Numbered from the stretch's first letter, positions 26,318 to 36,068 are shown. The stretch: 64,000 bases of DNA from a virus (IMGVR_UViG_3300031519_000019:6921-70920); one strand, 5' to 3'. Notes: generated by a model not told the origin, from the letters alone. Numbers and translations are program-made.

Positions 26318-27793
26318 ATGGCATATCAAATAGATAGATATAATAACACATTGTTAACAGTTGTCGAAGACGGAACTGTTGACCAAACTACTGATTTAAA
26401 ATTTATTGGTAAAAATTATGCCGGTTACGGCGAAATACAAAACGAAAACTTTTTATACTTATTAGAAAATTTTGCTGGTGCTAATACTCCAGCAAGGCCA
26501 CTAAGTGGCCAAGTATGGTTTGACACAGCAAGCAGTAAATTAAAATTTTATGATGGTACAAAATGGCGTACTACTGGCGGCTCTGAGATTGGCATAACAC
26601 AACCGACAGGTTTAGCAACTGGTGACTTTTGGTGGGATAGCGGCAACGATCAACTTTATGTATATAACGGCACAAGCTTTATACTAATTGGCCCACAAAA
26701 TGCGGGCGAAGGCGTAACGCAAATGCAAAGTATCGAAGTGCTTGATGAATTGGGTGGCATTAGAGGCGTAATCGGCTCAGTTATTGAAGACATAGTTGTA
26801 ACGGTTACTAGTCCTTATGAATTTACATTAAACGCATCAACACCAATACTTGGATTTGATAGGATTAAAAAGGGCATTACCCTTGTTGATACTAAATTAG
26901 TAACAAACGGCGTAACATCAACTAACCACTATTTTTGGGGAACTGCATCTAACTCGTTAAAATTAGGCGGCAGAGATGCTTCAGAATATGTTTTAACAGC
27001 TGAAGGTGAAAATACAGTTTTTAATTCAACAGTAGAATTTCCCGACGCAGGCATACAAATTGGTGATTCTCTAGACTTACAATTGTTTATAGAAAATGGA
27101 ACAGAAGCAGTTATACAATGTGTAACAGGCAATAGTAGTATTATTAAACTCAAAGCAACTAACAATGTAGGTGATATAACACACGTTGCAAATGTTAGCG
27201 CCACTGGTATTATTCCGGCAGTTGATAACACAGTTGGACTAGGATCAGCAAGTTTGCGCTGGTCAAATGTTTATGCAGCAAATTTTACAGGACTATCTGA
27301 AAAGGCAAGTGCGTTAGTAGTTGGTGGAACTAATAGAGCAGGCGATGTTAGCGCATCTTATAATTCCGTAGCAGTTCGTGATGCAACTGGTAACATTGCT
27401 GCAAACCTATTCCAAGGGGTTGCAACACAAGCACGTTATGCTGACTTAGCAGAAAAATATTCAACAGCAGAAGAATTAGCTGCTGGAACAGCAGTAGCAG
27501 TATGTACATGCGAAGATCACGAAGTAGAGCCTGCAACTGCAAGCAATCATTGCATAGGAGTTGTTTCAACGCAGCCTGCTATTATGATGAATAGCGATGC
27601 TGAGGGACAATATATAGCACTTAAAGGTCGAGTCCCGGTAAGAGTTAAAGGTGCTGTTAAAAAAGGCCAAGCAGTATATGCACTGGCAGATGGTGTATGT
27701 ACAACATTAGCAACTTCTGCACTAGTTGGTATTGCACTAGAATCAAATGTAGACGACGATGAAAAACTAGTTGAATGCGTACTTAAAGTTTAA
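26318..27793 (+). CDS. Tail fibre protein (paralog 3) with C-terminal intramolecular-chaperone-like domain
   Basis: Shared N-terminus FIGKNYAGYGEIQNENFLYLLENFA. The C-terminal ARYADLAEKY...IGVVSTQPAIMMN...IALKGRVPVRVKGAVKKG resembles autocleaving chaperone domains of fibres/spikes. Confidence 0.75.
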   Translation: MAYQIDRYNNTLLTVVEDGTVDQTTDLKFIGKNYAGYGEIQNENFLYLLENFAGANTPARPLSGQVWFDTASSKLKFYDGTKWRTTGGSEIGITQPTGLATGDFWWDSGNDQLYVYNGTSFILIGPQNAGEGVTQMQSIEVLDELGGIRGVIGSVIEDIVVTVTSPYEFTLNASTPILGFDRIKKGITLVDTKLVTNGVTSTNHYFWGTASNSLKLGGRDASEYVLTAEGENTVFNSTVEFPDAGIQIGDSLDLQLFIENGTEAVIQCVTGNSSIIKLKATNNVGDITHVANVSATGIIPAVDNTVGLGSASLRWSNVYAANFTGLSEKASALVVGGTNRAGDVSASYNSVAVRDATGNIAANLFQGVATQARYADLAEKYSTAEELAAGTAVAVCTCEDHEVEPATASNHCIGVVSTQPAIMMNSDAEGQYIALKGRVPVRVKGAVKKGQAVYALADGVCTTLATSALVGIALESNVDDDEKLVECVLKV

Positions 27794-27802
27794 GGATAAC
27801 TA

Positions 27803-28732
27803 ATGGCTGATATTACCGCAACTCGAATAAACAATTTACATGAAAAAATTAAACTTATTCTAGGAGTTGGAGCAGGACAAAACGGATACGGACAAACACT
27901 TGTAAGTGCGCCGGTAAACAATCTAGGCGATATTGCAACTGCCGAAGATTTAAATAATATTTACGCAGATATTATAAAAGCTAGAATACACCAAGTTGGC
28001 GTTGGCGATTCAAGTATTGCAGAAGTAATACAAAATTTAAACACAATTGCATTAAACACTAGTACGTATGTTAACGATGCAGGCACCTCATCTGTAGACC
28101 CAGACGGTACTAAAAAAGGTATTGTTGATTTTGAAAATTTGATGACCAGTATTGAAGTTGATAAATTTTTATTACATCCAACCCAAGCAGAATTAGAACC
28201 TGGAATTGAAAGTGTAAGAACTGCTACATGGAATGGGTTAATTAGACACCAAGTAATTGTAAATTTTGCCGACGCAAATGCAAGAAGATATTTCTTTAAT
28301 ACCGGCGGCGAAATTAGAATAAGCACCAATAATACTAGTGCATCTACACCAAAAGGATTAGATTGGGCAGAAGTGTGTTCTCAAGTAGGAACAGTTGCAT
28401 TTAATTATACTTCTACTACTAGTACAACCGGTGGCGCACAAGCAATTGGTAATTACGATTTATCAGTTACTGACCAAACAGTATATCAAAAAATAGGCGG
28501 CGGTACATATAGTGCAATATATGCTGGCAACATTTATACAATTAAAGCTAGGTCTGATTCGGCTAATACTATTACGTTTACAATTGAATTTAACGATGTT
28601 GTAACTGACAATAATGTTGATAACAATGTCGACGGAAGACTGTCAAGTAACATACAACATTATCGTGCAAGTGAAGTTGGCGGTGTTACTGTAGATCAAC
28701 CTACTTATTCTAATCAAATTACGCTTGCATAA
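27803..28732 (+). CDS. Virion structural protein, paralog of 28796
   Basis: GYGQ near N-terminus, IIKARIHQVG and RRYFFNTGGEIRIS match motifs in the next gene; located in the tail module. Confidence 0.6.
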   Translation: MADITATRINNLHEKIKLILGVGAGQNGYGQTLVSAPVNNLGDIATAEDLNNIYADIIKARIHQVGVGDSSIAEVIQNLNTIALNTSTYVNDAGTSSVDPDGTKKGIVDFENLMTSIEVDKFLLHPTQAELEPGIESVRTATWNGLIRHQVIVNFADANARRYFFNTGGEIRISTNNTSASTPKGLDWAEVCSQVGTVAFNYTSTTSTTGGAQAIGNYDLSVTDQTVYQKIGGGTYSAIYAGNIYTIKARSDSANTITFTIEFNDVVTDNNVDNNVDGRLSSNIQHYRASEVGGVTVDQPTYSNQITLA

Positions 28733-28742
28733 GTAAGTTCAA

Positions 28743-28769
28743 TTTGTCTATTTAAACCAAATAGACAAA
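28743..28769. repeat. Perfect 11-bp inverted repeat (hairpin) abutting a late-promoter box
   Basis: TTTGTCTATTT-AAACC-AAATAGACAAA, 1 nt before ATAAATA at 28771. Confidence 0.8.
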
Positions 28770-28770
28770 C

Positions 28771-28777
28771 ATAAATA
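28771..28777 (+). promoter_or_regulatory. T4-late-like promoter box ATAAATA
   Basis: Intergenic, 18 nt upstream of ATG 28796. Confidence 0.55.
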
Positions 28778-28795
28778 CTGAATAAAGAGAGCGCA

Positions 28796-29794
28796 ATGGC
28801 CACAACTACAACAATACTAGCAAGTAGATATAATACGTTAAGGACTTTAACTAATAAAGTTTTTGGCGCATCTACTTCTGGCACCCCAAATTATGGTTAT
28901 GGACAAGCGTTTTCTACGTCAGCAGTAACAGGTTCTCGTACTAACGGCACTAATGCTAATAAAATTAGTGCCCAAGACTACGAAAATTTATATATTGATT
29001 TGATAAGAACTCGAGCCCATCAAGTTGGAGCAGTTGCAATAGATCCGTTTGTTATCGGCGACTATGAAACAAATCTTAATGACACCGATGTAGTTGAATT
29101 AGCGTACATAGCTGCACTAGAATCACTAGCTGCACAAATCGAAACTAATAGATTTTTGATTGACCCGGCACAACTTAATGTAGTTAATTTAGTTAGTTCT
29201 ACAGGCTCAGCTATTTCTAGTTCACGCTTAAATAGCGTAGGCGGACCATGGAATGGAACAATTTCACATATTTTTACTGCAACCTTTGCTTCGGCAATAC
29301 AGCGTCAAGAATTTTTTAATGCAGGCGGTGAAATTCGATTAAGTTCTAGCGTAGCATACGTAGGTAGCCAAGCTAAAACAGTAGATTGGCAAAATATTTT
29401 ATCAGCTATGGGTAGTATTAGTTTTAAAGCCAATGCTACGGCTAGTAATGTAGTAGGACAAGGAACTAACTACCCTATAGGAAATTATCAGCTATCTAGT
29501 ACATATCAACGTGTATATTCTAGAACAGGTGGCGCCACATATGCAAGAAATGATTATCAAGTAGACGTTTTATCTCTCAATGCTACAACAATACAATTTA
29601 AAATATCATTTGTTGACGGTCAACCTAATGATGTTACATACGGTATAGACGAAACAGTCTTTGGTGATTTTACAAGCAGGGCACAAGTTGCTCAACCCGA
29701 CGGCACTGTGTTAATTAACGGTACCGAATATGATACTGTTGTTATACCTACACTATCACTACCTGTTGGATCAACATCTAGAATTTTATCTTAG
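28796..29794 (+). CDS. Virion structural protein, paralog of 27803
   Basis: GYGQ, LIRTRAHQVG and RQEFFNAGGEIRLS motifs are shared with 27803. Confidence 0.6.
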   Translation: MATTTTILASRYNTLRTLTNKVFGASTSGTPNYGYGQAFSTSAVTGSRTNGTNANKISAQDYENLYIDLIRTRAHQVGAVAIDPFVIGDYETNLNDTDVVELAYIAALESLAAQIETNRFLIDPAQLNVVNLVSSTGSAISSSRLNSVGGPWNGTISHIFTATFASAIQRQEFFNAGGEIRLSSSVAYVGSQAKTVDWQNILSAMGSISFKANATASNVVGQGTNYPIGNYQLSSTYQRVYSRTGGATYARNDYQVDVLSLNATTIQFKISFVDGQPNDVTYGIDETVFGDFTSRAQVAQPDGTVLINGTEYDTVVIPTLSLPVGSTSRILS

Positions 29795-29805
29795 TCAATT
29801 ACCGG

Positions 29806-29834
29806 TTGACAATTTTTAAAATTTGTTATATACT
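29806..29834 (+). promoter_or_regulatory. sigma70-type promoter TTGACA-N17-TATACT heading the enzyme island
   Basis: TTGACA at 29806-29811, TATACT at 29829-29834, AGGAG at 29850-29854, ATG 29861. Confidence 0.8.
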
Positions 29835-29860
29835 ATTATATAATATAGTAGGAGTAGTAT

Positions 29861-30220
29861 ATGGATCAACGTCTAAAAGCCGCATTAGATTTTTCAAATT
29901 ATGCAGTCACTCTTAATAATCAAAAACGTCTATTAAGAGAACAATTTAATGAAGCTAATGTATATTATTATAACGGAGCACAGTTTACTCTTTCGCGAGA
30001 ATTAATAAATTTTTGTCAAAGCTTAGTTTTACTAAATTGCACATCGACAATATTAATTGACGATAATCATAATCCTATCGGCATTGACGATTTGCCCACG
30101 TTTTCGTCTAATATATACACTGTGTATATAGAAGCAGCAACGACATATCTTAATTTATATAATGAATTAAAGAAATCTAGATCAGTTGAAAAATTAATAA
30201 ATTATGCCGTTGACAAGTAA
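29861..30220 (+). CDS. Hypothetical protein (119 aa)
   Basis: Good Shine-Dalgarno and promoter, overlaps the next gene; no recognisable motif. Confidence 0.7.
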   Translation: MDQRLKAALDFSNYAVTLNNQKRLLREQFNEANVYYYNGAQFTLSRELINFCQSLVLLNCTSTILIDDNHNPIGIDDLPTFSSNIYTVYIEAATTYLNLYNELKKSRSVEKLINYAVDK

Positions 30221-31067
30221 AGGTGCAATACTAATTGCAAAAAATAACAAACATGTAGATTATGTTAAGCAGGCAGTGTTTGCAGCCAACCGCATTAAAA
30301 CATATTTAAACATACCTACAACTATCATTACTGATAGTAAAAATTATTTGTTGAATAATTTTGATTCAACTGTATTTGATCATATTATTCCATTAAAGTA
30401 TGAAGCCGAAACAGGCAACGAACGTTTATTTTTTGATGGCGCAAATACAAATAAAACAGCAAATTTTAAAAATTCTGGCCGCGCCAAGGTATATGATGTA
30501 TCGCCTTATGATGAAACTTTATTATTAGATACCGATTACATTATATCAAACAATATTTTAAAAAATTGTTTTACTTCGGCAAATGATTTTTTAATTTATA
30601 AAGATGCAAGCGATCTTGCTCAAGTGCGTAACGAACAAGAATTCAAGTATATAAGCGACACCGGTGTTGAGTTTTACTGGGCAACGGCAGTATTTTTTAG
30701 AAAAACGCCTACTAATAAAATATATTTTAACTTAGTGGATCATATTGAACAAGAATGGACACATTATCGACGAGTTTATCAAATTGAATCGTCAATGTTT
30801 AGGAATGACTATGCATTTAGTATTGCTATCCATATAATGAACGGGTTTCAACAGGGTAACTTTGCAAACGCAATGCCTGGAAAAATGTGGTACACTACTG
30901 ATAAAGATATATTAATATCTATTGTTAAGGATAGTATGACATTTATGGTTGAAAAAGAAAAAAGTTTTGGAAATTATACTGCAATAACTTCTAACAACCA
31001 AACAGTTCATGTTATGAATAAATTTAGTTTAGGCAGGGTTATTGACAAAGGATTCAAAAATGACTAA
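30204..31067 (+). CDS. GT-A fold glycosyltransferase-like protein
   Basis: SPYDETLLLDTDY (DxD after a hydrophobic strand); paralog of 31042. Confidence 0.7.
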   Translation: MPLTSKGAILIAKNNKHVDYVKQAVFAANRIKTYLNIPTTIITDSKNYLLNNFDSTVFDHIIPLKYEAETGNERLFFDGANTNKTANFKNSGRAKVYDVSPYDETLLLDTDYIISNNILKNCFTSANDFLIYKDASDLAQVRNEQEFKYISDTGVEFYWATAVFFRKTPTNKIYFNLVDHIEQEWTHYRRVYQIESSMFRNDYAFSIAIHIMNGFQQGNFANAMPGKMWYTTDKDILISIVKDSMTFMVEKEKSFGNYTAITSNNQTVHVMNKFSLGRVIDKGFKND

Positions 31068-31887
31068 CGGGTATGTAATGCTTGCACAAAATAGTCAAGA
31101 TGATTACGTAATGCAAGCATGTTTGTGTGCAATGAGCTTACATGCGTCAAATGATGATCCAAAAATAACATTAATTACTAATGATAGTGTTCCTTTTAAG
31201 TATAGGACACTATTCGATAATATTATTCCAATTCCAGGTAACGATTTAGCAGATGATTCTGACTGGAAGATAGAAAATCGTTGGAAAATTTATAATGCAA
31301 GCCCGTACGATAAAACAATTGTCTTAGATACTGATATGATTGTTCTCGAAAACTTATTATCTCGATGGAAAATTTTAGAAAATTATAAAATATTTTTTAC
31401 AAGTGCAGTTTTAAATTATCGAGGAATGTTGTCGGATAATAGTTATTATAGACGCACATTTATCAATAATAACTTACCTAATTTGTATAGCGGATTTCAT
31501 TATTTTGAAAAATCTAATACTGCTGACAGGTTCTATAAATGGCTAGAAAATGTAGTTACTAACTGGGAAGTATTTTATGAAGACTTTTTAAATATTAATT
31601 CTAGACCCAATCGCCCTAGTATAGATGTTTGTGCAGCAATTGCTGCATTAACTACTGACATTCATATTACTAATTCAACACCTATGTTTGTACATATGAA
31701 AATGAATAGCCAAGGATGGACTAAACCTGTAACAAGTTGGCAAAAACATGTAGGATGCTATGTGTCGGCTAACGGAAGTATAAAAATTGGTAACTATCAT
31801 CAAAATGGAATTTTACATTATACTGAAAAAGATTTATTAACTAATACTAATATTATATCAATTTATGAGGATATAGTAAATGTCTGA
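31042..31887 (+). CDS. GT-A fold glycosyltransferase-like protein
   Basis: NRWKIYNASPYDKTIVLDTDM (DxD), NLYSGFHYF, PMFVHMK. Confidence 0.7.
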   Translation: MTKDSKMTNGYVMLAQNSQDDYVMQACLCAMSLHASNDDPKITLITNDSVPFKYRTLFDNIIPIPGNDLADDSDWKIENRWKIYNASPYDKTIVLDTDMIVLENLLSRWKILENYKIFFTSAVLNYRGMLSDNSYYRRTFINNNLPNLYSGFHYFEKSNTADRFYKWLENVVTNWEVFYEDFLNINSRPNRPSIDVCAAIAALTTDIHITNSTPMFVHMKMNSQGWTKPVTSWQKHVGCYVSANGSIKIGNYHQNGILHYTEKDLLTNTNIISIYEDIVNV

Positions 31888-32476
31888 ACTACTTAATTTA
31901 TTTAAAAAATTATCAGAAAATAAAATTGAAACAGCCTTAAAGTCTTATGTATACTATAATAGTGCCACTGGTAAGGTTTATAAAGTTAGTAATCGAAAAA
32001 TTTCAGACTCTGAGTACAGTATATTAGAAGTTTCATTTAACGATACTGAAGACTTATTGTCCGGCAAAAAACGCACCGACGATTATATTGTAGTTCCTAG
32101 CGAAACAACATCTTTGCCTGTTTTAAAATTATTAAACAGTTTAATTTTAACAAGTGATGTAGAACATCGATGCTATAAATTACCAGTTAAATTAGGTCAT
32201 TCCAATGTTAATATTATAAAAAACTTAAAAACACAATCGTGGGATTTACAGTTAGACGCTCAGACTGCACTAATATGCTCTGCAGAAAATTCAAAAAATA
32301 CATTATATTTTAGTATAACAAAAAAAGATGATCCAAACATACTTTATAGATCTATTGAATTTTTTAACAATACCACTTCAATACCATTCGCTTATGACTT
32401 TGAATATATGGATGAAACTGTAAGTATATATAGTTCAAAATATTTTAATACGTATAGCTACGAGGTTATAAAATGA
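31880..32476 (+). CDS. Hypothetical protein (198 aa)
   Basis: Overlap-coupled to both neighbours; no motif recognised. Confidence 0.65.
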   Translation: MSELLNLFKKLSENKIETALKSYVYYNSATGKVYKVSNRKISDSEYSILEVSFNDTEDLLSGKKRTDDYIVVPSETTSLPVLKLLNSLILTSDVEHRCYKLPVKLGHSNVNIIKNLKTQSWDLQLDAQTALICSAENSKNTLYFSITKKDDPNILYRSIEFFNNTTSIPFAYDFEYMDETVSIYSSKYFNTYSYEVIK

Positions 32477-34077
32477 TACAAAAGTTTAAAGTAATTGATT
32501 GCGACATCATTTATCTAAGTTACGATGAGCCTAATGCAGAAAAAAATTATGCAGACTTACTTACTAAGGTACCGTGGGCTAAACGTGTACATGGTGTAGA
32601 AGGCAGCGATGCTGCGCACAAAGCATGTGCAAGATTAAGTGAAACTGATCAATTTATTACTGTTGACGGTGATAATATAATTGATCAAAAGTTTCTTGAT
32701 CTTGAGATTGAATTTCAAGAGCATGTTGAGTTGCAAACAAGTGTAATTAGTTGGTCTGCAAAAAATTCTATTAATGATCTTATGTACGGTAACGGTGGCA
32801 TTAAGTGCTGGCCTAAGCAACATGTTTTAAACATGCGCACACATGAAAATGCAGATCCAAATAATATAGCAGCACAAGTAGACTTTTGTTGGGATTTGAA
32901 TTATATACAGCAAAATACTGCATTTTCTACTATACATAATAATGCTACACCTCACCAAGCCTGGAGAGCCGGCTTTAGAGAAGGCGTTAAAATGTGTCTT
33001 AATCAAGGTGAAAAACCTTCTATAGAACAGTTTATTAACGGCCACAAACGCAATTTACAAAGACTGTATATTTGGTTAATGGTTGGTGCTGATGTAAAAA
33101 ATGGCGACTGGGCTATATTAGGTGCTAGAGCAGGATTGTATAAAACAATGTGTACAGATTGGGACTTTGTAAATGTAAGAGATTTTGAATATCTTAATAG
33201 TTTATGGAATGAAGAATTTGTAGATTTTGAAGGTCATAATGTATACGACGAAATTGTCAAATACGGTTCTAAATTAAAACAAGAATTAACTCTACCAATA
33301 TCTGTAAATCCGTTTGATAGTCAACAAAGCGCTTTCTTTAAAAGCATATATGTTCAGCCTCTTCGAACTACTGACTTGACTAATATTGTTACTAAAAGCA
33401 ATTACGATATGGTACTTATTTCATACCAGGAACCTAATGCAGACGCAAATTATGAAAAACTAAAAAAGAAATTTCCTAGAATCCAGCGAGTTAATGGTGT
33501 TAAAGGAATACATGCAGCACACAAAGCCGCAGCGGAATTATGCAACACACCGATGATGTGGGTAATTGATGCTGATGCTGATGTAGTAGATAATTTTAAA
33601 TTTGATTACAACGTTAATGATCACGATCAAGATTGTGTGTTTGTATGGCACAGTAAAAATCCTATTAACGACTTAGAATACGGGTATGGAGGAATTAAAC
33701 TTTTCCCAACTAAGTTAACTCAAAATATGGATATGTCTAAACCTGACATGACTACAAGTATCAGTACTAAGTTTAAAAAGATGGAAGAAGTATCGTGCGT
33801 AACTCGATTTAATACAGATGAATTTAGTACTTGGCGCAGTGCATTTAGAGAATGTTGTAAACTGTCTAGCAAAATAATTGACAGACAAAAATCAAATGAA
33901 ACTGATGCAAGATTAGCAGCATGGTGCAGCAACATAGGCAGAGATCGCCCGTTTGGAGACTATGCTATCAGCGGTGCTAGGGCCGGCCGTAAATACGGTA
34001 TAGATAATCAAGGCAATATTGACGCACTAAAAAAGATTAATGACTTTGAATGGTTAAAGGAAAAATTTAATGAGTAA
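32473..34077 (+). CDS. Tandem two-domain glycosyltransferase-like (GT-A) protein
   Basis: Internal duplication: IYLSYDEPNAEKNY...RVHGVEGSDAAHKACA...TVDGDN...AWRAGFREGVK versus VLISYQEPNADANY...RVNGVKGIHAAHKAAA...VIDADA...TWRSAFRECCK; DxD in both halves. Confidence 0.65.
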   Translation: MIQKFKVIDCDIIYLSYDEPNAEKNYADLLTKVPWAKRVHGVEGSDAAHKACARLSETDQFITVDGDNIIDQKFLDLEIEFQEHVELQTSVISWSAKNSINDLMYGNGGIKCWPKQHVLNMRTHENADPNNIAAQVDFCWDLNYIQQNTAFSTIHNNATPHQAWRAGFREGVKMCLNQGEKPSIEQFINGHKRNLQRLYIWLMVGADVKNGDWAILGARAGLYKTMCTDWDFVNVRDFEYLNSLWNEEFVDFEGHNVYDEIVKYGSKLKQELTLPISVNPFDSQQSAFFKSIYVQPLRTTDLTNIVTKSNYDMVLISYQEPNADANYEKLKKKFPRIQRVNGVKGIHAAHKAAAELCNTPMMWVIDADADVVDNFKFDYNVNDHDQDCVFVWHSKNPINDLEYGYGGIKLFPTKLTQNMDMSKPDMTTSISTKFKKMEEVSCVTRFNTDEFSTWRSAFRECCKLSSKIIDRQKSNETDARLAAWCSNIGRDRPFGDYAISGARAGRKYGIDNQGNIDALKKINDFEWLKEKFNE

Positions 34078-34903
34078 TGAAAGTACTTTAAGCTGGGTAA
34101 GAGGTCTATCAGAATATTTAAGATTTGTTGATGATAAGGAAGCAAAAAAGTTTATTGATTTTTTAGAACAAGCTATGTATGCAGATTCGCCAGTAATTGA
34201 TGATACTAATCAAGCAGGAATGATTGAATTTATAAGTGTATTAAGAAAGTTTACACCAAACCCAATTTTTGATATATTTCATAAGTATTACAGATTAGGT
34301 AATAACCCATTATTGCTACAAGATGCATTTAGTAGAGGACAGGTATTAAGTAAAATCTGGTTAGCTGAAGAATTATTAAAAATTAAAAATAATTTTGAAA
34401 TGATTCATGTACATGCAGGATGGTTTGGACAGCTACGTCTTTACCTTGATGCAGTAAATATCTCTTATAATAAAATGAGAATTTTTGATATTGATCCAGC
34501 TGCACTAGAAGTGAGCGACAAAATTTTTAATAATGATAAAATTAAAGACTTTGAAGTAAAATCTGCAAGTTTAGATATTACAAATCCTACTTGGTTATTT
34601 AGAACAGGATGCGAATATAATATAACTGCTACATCTAAAGAAAAAACAATACCTGATCTTGTAGTTAATACTAGTGCAGAACACTTTAACGAAGATTGGT
34701 ATACTAAATTTAGTATTAGAACCCAAAGCAGTGATCCTCTTTTTGTAATTCAAACAAACAATTTATTTGATGTAGAAGAACACATAAACTGTGTACATAG
34801 TATAAATGAAATGTTAATTAAATTTCCAATGACACGGATCGAATATGCCGGCGAAAAAGAACTATTTGGTTATAAACGATTTATGTTAATAGGACGCCCA
34901 TGA
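34070..34903 (+). CDS. Class I SAM-dependent methyltransferase-like protein
   Basis: IHVHAGWFG (motif I-like), RIFDIDP (acidic end of strand 2), LVVNTSAEH. Confidence 0.65.
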   Translation: MSNESTLSWVRGLSEYLRFVDDKEAKKFIDFLEQAMYADSPVIDDTNQAGMIEFISVLRKFTPNPIFDIFHKYYRLGNNPLLLQDAFSRGQVLSKIWLAEELLKIKNNFEMIHVHAGWFGQLRLYLDAVNISYNKMRIFDIDPAALEVSDKIFNNDKIKDFEVKSASLDITNPTWLFRTGCEYNITATSKEKTIPDLVVNTSAEHFNEDWYTKFSIRTQSSDPLFVIQTNNLFDVEEHINCVHSINEMLIKFPMTRIEYAGEKELFGYKRFMLIGRP

Positions 34904-35121
34904 ATATAGATAATTTAACACTCAGACAGCTCCAGACTGAAAGTGCCCGTGCGCTAAGTACTATAGACGCAACAAATAATAACATATGGCAGTTTAACAA
35001 GCAAGCACATCATAATAGCCAAAATTGGTATACAGCAGTTATTAAATGGTATATAGAACAGTATGGCGACTTACCAAGTAAAGTTGGCCCAGGTAAGGAC
35101 GTAAAATTAATATTGGAATGA
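34900..35121 (+). CDS. Small hypothetical protein (73 aa)
   Basis: ATGA overlaps on both sides (translational coupling). Confidence 0.7.
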   Translation: MNIDNLTLRQLQTESARALSTIDATNNNIWQFNKQAHHNSQNWYTAVIKWYIEQYGDLPSKVGPGKDVKLILE

Positions 35122-36068
35122 CAATGAACATAATTAAAATTTTAAAAGAAAATAAAAAATCTATAATTGAGCAATCAGTAGAATGGATTAAAAAATCTTA
35201 TCCTAATCGTACTACTGAATTTGAAAAGTGCTATAGAGATATTGGTTATGTGTATGATGCATGGATATATGATTTAGAAAATACTAATACTGCTAGAACA
35301 AAGAATATTACCAGTAGATTTTGGAACAGAGGAAAGTCTCAGTTAAGAACAACTGATGTTGAAGTAAAAACTTATAAAATAATTAATACTTTGATAAACG
35401 AAATTTGTCCGTCTGTTGAAGTTGATAGCTTAATATCTATTACAATAAACAATATTTTAAATGAACCAATTTATGAATTAGGGTCTTTCGAATATCTCGC
35501 AAATAATAGAATCAATACATATAATTGGACAGATCAAATACCTGAACAGCATTTAATAGATGATATTGTAAGAGGCATACACAATTATGTGCCGAGTAAA
35601 CAGCGTCGAGTTAGATACGATTTACGTATTATTCCTACACATACACTGCCTGAGTTACAACAAAAGATGTATAAAGGCACTGAAGCAGATCTAGGTAATC
35701 CAAAATCAAGATATAATCCTCAAGTACTTGCACCTTATGTTCTTGCCTTTGGCATTAGAGGAACTCCGCAAGACGGAGTTGATAAAAATTACTATCTCTA
35801 TGAAGCAGGGGTTGAAATAGGGCTTGCAGCAATGTATGTTAGTCTTGCTGCTCCTGCTGTTGGATTGGCTGTTGGATTTTGCGCTTGTATACAAAATGAT
35901 AACGACATGGTTGAGGATATTGGCATACATCCTCAATTATATTTAGGAATTGGTTATAAATCTGAGGCTCTTACATATCATTGCCCGGTATATAACGCCG
36001 AAGCTCACATACCAGATAGCAATGATTATAAAAAACCTCCTATAGAAGAATACATAAAATATGTATAA
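35118..36068 (+). CDS. Nitroreductase-family (FMN) domain fused to an N-terminal helical domain
   Basis: WTDQIPEQHLIDDIV...PSKQ...APYVLAF...EIGLAAMYVSLAAPAVGLAVGFCAC is the nitroreductase pattern; N-terminal KCYRDIGY. Confidence 0.7.
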   Translation: MTMNIIKILKENKKSIIEQSVEWIKKSYPNRTTEFEKCYRDIGYVYDAWIYDLENTNTARTKNITSRFWNRGKSQLRTTDVEVKTYKIINTLINEICPSVEVDSLISITINNILNEPIYELGSFEYLANNRINTYNWTDQIPEQHLIDDIVRGIHNYVPSKQRRVRYDLRIIPTHTLPELQQKMYKGTEADLGNPKSRYNPQVLAPYVLAFGIRGTPQDGVDKNYYLYEAGVEIGLAAMYVSLAAPAVGLAVGFCACIQNDNDMVEDIGIHPQLYLGIGYKSEALTYHCPVYNAEAHIPDSNDYKKPPIEEYIKYV

